Source of the DNA: an uncultured delta proteobacterium
Lineage (GTDB): Bacteria; Myxococcota_A; Polyangia; Fen-1088
Assembly: GCA_963755125.1 (NCBI GenBank)
Contig: CAVWIP010000016.1
Span: 1 to 64,000, forward strand
Direction of reading: 5' to 3'
Length of the DNA: 64,000 nt
Under the pieces are notes generated by a model. The model saw nothing but the letters and a program-made list of their open reading frames with translations. It had not been told where the DNA came from and did no database searches. A program made the position numbers and the translations under genes. The stretch's first letter is position 1. The number at the start of each line of letters is the position of its first letter. Below, piece after piece: positions 57,377-64,000 of the stretch.

Positions 57377-59725
57377 CTACCCTCGCAGCGACACGACGCT
57401 GACCCCGTCGCCGCCCTCGCCCTTGCCGCCCGGCCGGAAGCGCTCGACATAGGGCGAGGTTGCCAGGTACTCGCGCACGACCTTGCGAAGCGCGCCGGTG
57501 CCGTGGCCGTGGATGACGAACACGGTGTCGGCGCCCTCCAGGGCGGTGCGGTCGAGAAACGTCTCCAGCTCGCCCAGGGCTTCGTCAGCGCGCTGGCCGC
57601 GCAAGTCCAGCGTGTTGGCGCGGCTCTGCATGGACTCGGGCTCGTCTGGCTGCTCGCCGGCCTTGCCGAACGACGTGCTGGCCTTCTTGCTGGTCGCGGA
57701 CACGCCCAGCGCTCGACTGGCCAGGGCCTGGCGTAGCCTGTCCACGTCGAGCGGCGGCGCCTCGGGCAGCGATGCGGTGGTCTCCTTGGCCTTGCGTTCG
57801 AGCGCGACCCGCGCCGCCTCCACCGCCTGTGCCGTCCGCGTGCGCTTGGCCTCGCGCACGATCTCGGCGATGGCATCGCGCGCCTCCCGCACCGCCGCGT
57901 CGATGGCCTCGCGCGAGCGCACGGCCAATTCGCGCTCGCGCCGACTGAGGGCGGCGGCCGCCGCCTGCGACGCATCGGCCTGCGCGTAGAGATCCTGCTT
58001 GGCTTGCTCCAGCTCGCTCCGCGCCGTCTCCAGCGCCTGGTTCGATCGCTCGAGGGTTTGCTCGCGCTCCTGCAGGTTACGCAGCGTCTCTTCCAAACCC
58101 AGGTTGCCCGCGTCCATGAGCACGCGCGCCCGGTCGAGCACGGCTTTCGGCAGCCCGATGCGCGCAGCAATGTCGAAGGCATACGAGCGGCCTGGCACGC
58201 CATCCTTGAGCCGGAAAGTGGGCCGCAGCTTCTGCAGGTCGTATTCCATGCCTGCGTTGCGGAAGCGCGTGTCGGTCTCGGCCATCGCCTTCAGGCTGTC
58301 GAAGTGGGTAGTCACCATCGCCAGGCCGGGCGCATCGGCCAGCACCTCCAGCATGGCCCGCGCCAGCGCCGCACCCTGTTCCGGGTGGGTGCCCACCATC
58401 AGCTCGTCGCAGAGAATCAACAGGTTCTCGTCGCTGGCGGCCTGTGAAAGATCGAGAATGCCCGACAGGTTGGCCAGGTGGGCCGAGAAGGTCGACAGAT
58501 CGCCCATCACCGACTGCTGATCGCCGATGTCGGCCAGCACCTGGTGAAAGAAACCCACCCGGCTTCCCGGCGCGGCCGGCACAGGCAAGCCTGCGCGCGC
58601 CAGCAGCACGGCCAGACCCACTGACTTGAGCAGCACGGTCTTGCCGCCGGCATTGGGTCCGCTGACCACCAGCACCTTGGCCTCGCTGCGGCCCGCGACC
58701 TGGCCCAGCACCACGTCGTTGGGCGTGACCTTCGACCGCGATTCGACCGCGCGCAAGGCAAGCAGCGGGTGGCGCAGCGACTGCAAGTCAACCATGGGCT
58801 GGTCGACGATCTCCACCGACGCGCCGTCGTAGGCCACCGACAGGCGAGCCGCGGCGGCCAAGACGTCGAGCCGCGAGAGAATGTCGCGGTCCTGGCGCAG
58901 CCCCTCCGCAGACTGCGAAACCACCGCGGCGAGTTCTTCCAGGATGCGGCGGCTCTCGCGCCGGATCTCGATCTCGGCCACCTTGAGCCGGTTGTTCAGC
59001 TCGACCAGCGCGGTGGGCTCGACGAACACGGTTTCGCCCGTGCGTGAAGTGTCGTGCACGATGCCGAGGCCCATGGACTTGAACGAGGCGCGCAAAGGCA
59101 GCACGAAGCGATCCTCGCGCAGGGTCACGAACTGATCTTGCAAAAAGGGCGCGTACTCCTCGGACTGCAGCAGCCGGTCAGCCTCGCTGCGCACCCGGGA
59201 CGCCGCCATGTCGCGCTCGCGGCGAAGACGACCCAGATCAGGCGAGGCCCCGTCGCGCAGCTCGCCGGCCGCATCGAAGGTCTCGCGCGCCATGCGGGTG
59301 AGCTCGTCGTGGTAGCCCAGGCCCGCGGCCAGCTTGGACATGCGCGGCGCTTGCACGCGCGGATCCTGGCCGGCGATGCGGCCATAGAAACGGCGTGCAT
59401 TGGCCGCGGTCTCGCAGAAGTCCGCCACCTGGCGCAGCTCCTCGGGCCCGAGCGGCACTCCCTGCGCCACTGCCTGCAGGTGTGCCTCGATCTCGGGAAA
59501 GCCCAGCGCGGGCAACGACTCGCCCAACCGCAACAAGCTCTGCAGCTCACTCACCTCCGCCATGCGCTCGCGTGCCTCGGCCGCTGATTCACACAGGGGC
59601 AAGGCCTGGCACGCCGCCGCTCCGTGGGACGACTGCGCCTGGCTGGCCAGCCGCGCGCACAGCTCGGGCCAGTCGAGAAACTCGCGGTACTGGCGGGCAA
59701 GTGAATCTTGGGCGGGGTGGTTCAT
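57377..59725 (-). CDS. mutS2: MutS2 endonuclease
   Basis: GIVHD.S.TG.TVFVEP, SGPNAGGKT, DIGD.QS...LSTFSAH, Smr domain LDLRG...IHGHGTG. Confidence 0.96.
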   Translation of the reverse strand: MNHPAQDSLARQYREFLDWPELCARLASQAQSSHGAAACQALPLCESAAEARERMAEVSELQSLLRLGESLPALGFPEIEAHLQAVAQGVPLGPEELRQVADFCETAANARRFYGRIAGQDPRVQAPRMSKLAAGLGYHDELTRMARETFDAAGELRDGASPDLGRLRRERDMAASRVRSEADRLLQSEEYAPFLQDQFVTLREDRFVLPLRASFKSMGLGIVHDTSRTGETVFVEPTALVELNNRLKVAEIEIRRESRRILEELAAVVSQSAEGLRQDRDILSRLDVLAAAARLSVAYDGASVEIVDQPMVDLQSLRHPLLALRAVESRSKVTPNDVVLGQVAGRSEAKVLVVSGPNAGGKTVLLKSVGLAVLLARAGLPVPAAPGSRVGFFHQVLADIGDQQSVMGDLSTFSAHLANLSGILDLSQAASDENLLILCDELMVGTHPEQGAALARAMLEVLADAPGLAMVTTHFDSLKAMAETDTRFRNAGMEYDLQKLRPTFRLKDGVPGRSYAFDIAARIGLPKAVLDRARVLMDAGNLGLEETLRNLQEREQTLERSNQALETARSELEQAKQDLYAQADASQAAAAALSRRERELAVRSREAIDAAVREARDAIAEIVREAKRTRTAQAVEAARVALERKAKETTASLPEAPPLDVDRLRQALASRALGVSATSKKASTSFGKAGEQPDEPESMQSRANTLDLRGQRADEALGELETFLDRTALEGADTVFVIHGHGTGALRKVVREYLATSPYVERFRPGGKGEGGDGVSVVSLRG

Positions 59726-60993
59726 TTCAAATCATTCGGCTCTGCCAGGGCCTTCCACTCGATCCCATCTATCTCTCCCAGCGTCTTGCCCGCGATGCCT
59801 TGCAGATCCCCATACATGCCCACCGTGGCGTTCATGACCTGCTCGATCTGCTGCTCACGCTTGGCCCAATGCTTGCCAATCGCCTTCTTCTCGCGGTCAA
59901 GATCCTCTCGCATCGAGGAAAATGCCTCCACGATGGCCTGCACTCGCTGCCGAAAAGCGGGGCCGGTCAGGTAGCGGTAGACCATCTCCATCTTGCCCTG
60001 CTGGCCCTCGGTGGCTTTGCGCGCGGCCGCCACCTCGATGAGCGAATAGCGCAGGGCGATCGCGACGGGAAGCACGGCGCGCGGATGGGTCACCCAGACT
60101 CCGTCGACGAAGTCGAAGGTGTCGACGCCCTTGGGAATCACCTGACTGACCAAGACCGAGAACTCGGCTTTGGCGGTGCGCTGGTCAGCGCGCAGCTTGG
60201 CCAGCCAGCCGTCGCTCCAGTTCTTGGTGCGCTTGGATTCCCACAAAATGGTTCCGCAAGCTTGACCCATGGGCCCCACGACCTGTTGGACCACATCGCC
60301 ACCGTGCTCGCCCTTGGGCACGGGCTGGATGGTGTCGCAGGGAAACTTCGTTTTCAGCAACGCCTCGATTTCCAGTTCCTGCACCTCGCCCTGAAGTTGC
60401 TGCGATCCTTGCTCGGCCCTGCGCTTCAGCTCCTGGATGTGCCGCTGCAGGGAGGCGATGGTCTCTTCCTTCTCCATGACCTTGAGGCCGAGTTTCTCCT
60501 CGGCATCCTTGCGCGCCTGCGCGCGCGTGGCCTCCAGCCCTTCCTGTACGCGCTTCTCGACGGTCAACTCGAATTCACGCCGGGCATCGTCCAGCTCACG
60601 CTGCTTGCGCAGCAGATTGGCCTGCGCCTTCTGCGCCTCGGCCAGTTTGTCCTCTCGCTGCTTCAGCACCTCCTGCAGGTCCGCAATCTCCTTTGCCTTC
60701 TGCTCGATGTCGCCCGCCAATGCCAGTTTGGCCCGTTTGGTTGCATCAGCCTCGATCTGGGGACGCGCGCAACGAAGCTTGTCCGCAACCTGCGCGTCGA
60801 TGGCCTCGCGCGCTTTGGCCAGTTCCTCTTCACGCGCGCGCATCGCGGTTTCCCGCTGGGCCATCTCGGCCTGCACGCTGCTCAGCCGCTGCTCGAAGTT
60901 CCGCCGCGTGGCCTCGATGAGCGGCGCGGCCAGCGACTCGGTCAGCTTGATCTCGGTCTGGCAGTTGGGGCAAATGATGGTGGGCTCAGCCAT
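59722..60993 (-). CDS. DUF2130 coiled-coil protein
   Basis: ICPNC, GSQQLQGEVQE, ILWESKRTKNWSDGW. Confidence 0.9.
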   Translation of the reverse strand: MAEPTIICPNCQTEIKLTESLAAPLIEATRRNFEQRLSSVQAEMAQRETAMRAREEELAKAREAIDAQVADKLRCARPQIEADATKRAKLALAGDIEQKAKEIADLQEVLKQREDKLAEAQKAQANLLRKQRELDDARREFELTVEKRVQEGLEATRAQARKDAEEKLGLKVMEKEETIASLQRHIQELKRRAEQGSQQLQGEVQELEIEALLKTKFPCDTIQPVPKGEHGGDVVQQVVGPMGQACGTILWESKRTKNWSDGWLAKLRADQRTAKAEFSVLVSQVIPKGVDTFDFVDGVWVTHPRAVLPVAIALRYSLIEVAAARKATEGQQGKMEMVYRYLTGPAFRQRVQAIVEAFSSMREDLDREKKAIGKHWAKREQQIEQVMNATVGMYGDLQGIAGKTLGEIDGIEWKALAEPNDLK

Positions 60994-61022
60994 GGCGATG
61001 CCTTCCGGCTTTGGTTTTCTCC

Positions 61023-63824
61023 TCACTGCACGCGAATCGTCGTCACGCGCAGGCGATCCTTGCCGTCGTTGGCCTCGGGCGGCGTGACCGGCAGGCGGGC
61101 TGCCCCCTTGAACAGACCCACCAAGACCGCGTACACGCCGGGCGGTCCGGCAAAGACGATGCGCTGGCGGTCGCGAATGTGCTGCCCGGGCCGCCAGCGT
61201 TCGACAGGATAGGCGCCGTCGACCGGGACATGGTCCAGGTTGCGGAAGCTGCCGCCGGGGCCGTCGAGGTGGAAGAACGGCCGCCAGCCATGCGGCACAG
61301 GTGCGAGCGATTCGAAGTACACGGTCAGCTCGACATCACCGCCGCGCGCAACCTCCGGCGACGAGAGGTCATAGCCGGTCACGCGCAAGGCATCGCCGAT
61401 GCGTCCGTCCAGCGCATGGGTTGGCGCCGGCGCCGGCGCTCCGGGCGCCGACACGCTGGCCGCGATCTTCTCGCCGTAGCCCGCTGGCAGCGAAAGCAGG
61501 GCCACGCGCGTCCGCAGATCAGCCTTGAGGCGCGAGCACTCAGGCTCGCCCGCCGACGTCCCCCACAGATCGCGCGCTTCAGCCGGATCGTGGGCCAGGT
61601 CGTAGCACTCGGTGGTGTTGTCCGGGGTCCAGTTCCAGATCAGATGATGGCTGGCCGTCACCCAGGCCCGTCGCTTGACATTGCCCTCGTAGCTGACCTC
61701 CTGGAACACCGGCTGCGGCGCCGCACCGTCGAGACTTCCCGCCAGCAAATCCACCATGGATCGGCCGAGAAACCCCGGCTGGTGTGGGCCGCGCGCCAGA
61801 TTGACCAACGTCGGCGCCAGGTCCACGTGGCCCACGGGAGTGCTGGAGCGCCGGGGCGGAAGCCCGGGCACGCGCACGATGAACGGGACCTTGGTGTGGG
61901 GCGCGTACAGGTGATAGCCGTGGGCGCTGATGCCGTGCTCGCCCAGTGACTCGCCGTGATCGCCGGTGACGACAATCGCCGTCTTGTCCCACAGCCCCAG
62001 GGTCTTCAACTCGTCGAGTACGCGGCCGAAGTGATGGTCGGTGAACCAGATCTCGCCGTCGTACAGGTCGGCCTGGCCGTCGCCGAAGGCGGGCGCCTCG
62101 GGGTGGCGTTCGTAGTTGAGGTGCGGGTCGTAGAAGTGCAACCACAGGAAAAACTTCTCCTGTCCGTGCTCGCGCAGGAACGCGATGCCCTTGTCGGCCA
62201 TCTGGCGCGCAGAGGATCCCACCGACTCGGCGGGACCACCGACGTTGGTGTGCAAGGCTGCGCACTCGTCGTCGTAGAAGTCGATGCCGCGTTCGAAGCC
62301 GCGCCGGTCGGCGCGATTGAAGTAGAGATAGGCATAGAAGGCCGCGGTAGTGTAGCCGAGATCGTGCAACGCCTCGCCGATGGTGCGCATGCTGGGATCG
62401 ATGCGCGGCCACCAAATGGACTCGTCCCACTTGATGGCTGACGGCCAGCGCGAGGTGGCGATGGCCGGCATCGAGTAGCGGGTCGAGGGCGCGTGCGCCC
62501 AGCCGTTCTCGAAGAGCACGCTTTCGCCGGCCAGCCGATCGAGCGCCGGCGAGGTCGGCCGCCGGTAGCCGTAGCAGCCGAGGCGATCGGCGCGCAGGGT
62601 GTCGATGGTCACGAAGAGGAACTTGAGGTCCGCCGGCACCGAGGCTGGCACAGGATGAAACGCCGGCGAGCGCAGCGACTCGGTGCTGGCGTCCTTGCCG
62701 TCGCAGTCCTGATCGATGCCGTCGTCGGGCCAGTCCTGGGCGCCCGGGTTGCGCCCGGGATCGCTGTCATCGCAGTCGCCGCCGCCGAAGAAACGCGAGT
62801 ACCCGTCGTGGTCGAAATCAAAGGTGCGCTGGCCCAGGGCCACCAGATCGCCGGTGAACCCCGCGTGCGCCGAGCCTGCCTTGCGGGCCGGCTCGGATTC
62901 GCTGACCACGAACACGGTCACCAGCGCAAACAGCGGCAAGCCAGCGAGCAGGGCAGCCTGCCGCCATCTGCTGCCAGCCACAGGACGGCGTGAAAACAAC
63001 AACGCCAGGAACAGCGTGGCCAGCGCGAGTTCCACCACCACGCGCACCTCGTTCCACTGCACGAACTGGAAATCCTGCGCCCAGCGCGCACGGATGAGCA
63101 GCCCGGCGGGAACGCCGAAGAGCAGCAGCGCTACGCCCGCGGCCTTGGGCCAGGACAGGCGCGGCCAGGCGAGGCTGGCGCGACCCATGATCCAGGGCAG
63201 GAATGCAGTGAGAGCCCCGCCGAGGATCGAGCGCGCGACCCTCACGTCGCGAGGCAGAGGCGCGCGCGTGCGCCACACGACGAAGAACAGCGCGACCTCG
63301 ACGAGGAGGACCGCAAGCGGCGCGAGGAGCAGGAGCCCAGCCGCGGTCACGGACCTACCCGTCGGCGCGGGGCCGGCCTGCCCAGACGGCGGCGAGGAGA
63401 ATGGCAGCACGCGCGCCAGGGCTGGCCCAAGCATCGCGGCGACCGCCGCCGCCAATAGCGATGCCAGAGCCACGATGCCTGCGGCCAAGAAGCGGTTGTT
63501 GCGATTCGCGGTCTCATGAAGGGCCACGACCGGCACAACCGCTGCCAGTCCTCCGACCAAGAGCCAAGCGATCCCAGAGGCCCACCACCGACTCGCGCGC
63601 CGCCGCCCCCAGGCGCCGAAGCCCAGCAGCATTGCCAGGACCGCGCCGCCCGTCGCGCCCACCAACAGATCGAACCCGGCCACCAGCGCCACGCACGCAA
63701 GCAGCGGGACTCCACCCAGATGGCCGAGCCACGCAGCCCGGACGCCGTCGACGATTCCCACCACCGCCCCGCTCACAAGGGCGGCGCGGTAGAGGGCTAT
63801 CGAAAGGGTGCGGGGGCTAGGCAC
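61023..63824 (-). CDS. Membrane sulfatase-like hydrolase/transferase
   Basis: N-terminal TMs; GGDCDDSD..PGA.D.P.DGIDQDCDG motif; TIDTLRAD, HFYDPH, GDHGE; C-terminal periplasmic-type domain. Confidence 0.88.
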   Translation of the reverse strand: MPSPRTLSIALYRAALVSGAVVGIVDGVRAAWLGHLGGVPLLACVALVAGFDLLVGATGGAVLAMLLGFGAWGRRRASRWWASGIAWLLVGGLAAVVPVVALHETANRNNRFLAAGIVALASLLAAAVAAMLGPALARVLPFSSPPSGQAGPAPTGRSVTAAGLLLLAPLAVLLVEVALFFVVWRTRAPLPRDVRVARSILGGALTAFLPWIMGRASLAWPRLSWPKAAGVALLLFGVPAGLLIRARWAQDFQFVQWNEVRVVVELALATLFLALLFSRRPVAGSRWRQAALLAGLPLFALVTVFVVSESEPARKAGSAHAGFTGDLVALGQRTFDFDHDGYSRFFGGGDCDDSDPGRNPGAQDWPDDGIDQDCDGKDASTESLRSPAFHPVPASVPADLKFLFVTIDTLRADRLGCYGYRRPTSPALDRLAGESVLFENGWAHAPSTRYSMPAIATSRWPSAIKWDESIWWPRIDPSMRTIGEALHDLGYTTAAFYAYLYFNRADRRGFERGIDFYDDECAALHTNVGGPAESVGSSARQMADKGIAFLREHGQEKFFLWLHFYDPHLNYERHPEAPAFGDGQADLYDGEIWFTDHHFGRVLDELKTLGLWDKTAIVVTGDHGESLGEHGISAHGYHLYAPHTKVPFIVRVPGLPPRRSSTPVGHVDLAPTLVNLARGPHQPGFLGRSMVDLLAGSLDGAAPQPVFQEVSYEGNVKRRAWVTASHHLIWNWTPDNTTECYDLAHDPAEARDLWGTSAGEPECSRLKADLRTRVALLSLPAGYGEKIAASVSAPGAPAPAPTHALDGRIGDALRVTGYDLSSPEVARGGDVELTVYFESLAPVPHGWRPFFHLDGPGGSFRNLDHVPVDGAYPVERWRPGQHIRDRQRIVFAGPPGVYAVLVGLFKGAARLPVTPPEANDGKDRLRVTTIRVQ

Positions 63825-64000
63825 GTTAACCTATGGCTACCAGGGAAACCAGCAGGTTCAAAGCCAAGACACAGAAAGCCTCACAGCCGCAACCCAAGGG
63901 GCATTAGGTGATTCATCTCGTCAGCCACCCGCCGCCGAGAACGCAGAGGTGAGAGAAAAAGCCGCAGAGTCGGGGAAAACGCAGGGACGGCGATCCTCCG

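Overview
GC-rich window that looks like Myxococcota (Polyangia-like) DNA, judged from the abundant Gly/Ser/Thr- and DAG-linker lipoproteins, an AgmX/PglI C-terminal domain protein and YXWGXW proteins; the taxonomy is an inference. About 1-31.7 kb is an accessory, rearranged region dense in predicted surface lipoproteins: Cys-rich families, a serpin, two kelch proteins, DUF1566, GH5, GH114 and SPFH, plus secreted Sel1 and FGE-sulfatase proteins. It also holds dinB, an HU/IHF gene, a truncated IS21 element and several gene fragments. About 31.7-64 kb is mostly housekeeping and envelope genes (mltG, ruvX, LD-carboxypeptidase, ilvE, yqeY, metF, a ClpX paralog, mutS2, GT-C-type glycosyltransferases, a sulfatase-like transferase), interrupted by small decayed patches (hsdM with an internal deletion, IS110 and IS91 remnants). 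Five things stand out: (i) a sigma54-promoted lipoprotein with seven Tyr-centred YMAxMPD cores, resembling a multicore modified-peptide precursor; (ii) duplicated promoter + signal peptide + linker modules fused to different cargo domains, including a twice-present bidirectional sigma54 module; (iii) five co-oriented ~75 bp non-coding repeats punctuating the island; (iv) a serpin with a predicted P1 Asp; (v) phased TGAYCT-N3-RGRTCA palindromes. No tRNA, rRNA or CRISPR array was recognised. All calls come from reading the sequence; no database searches were run.
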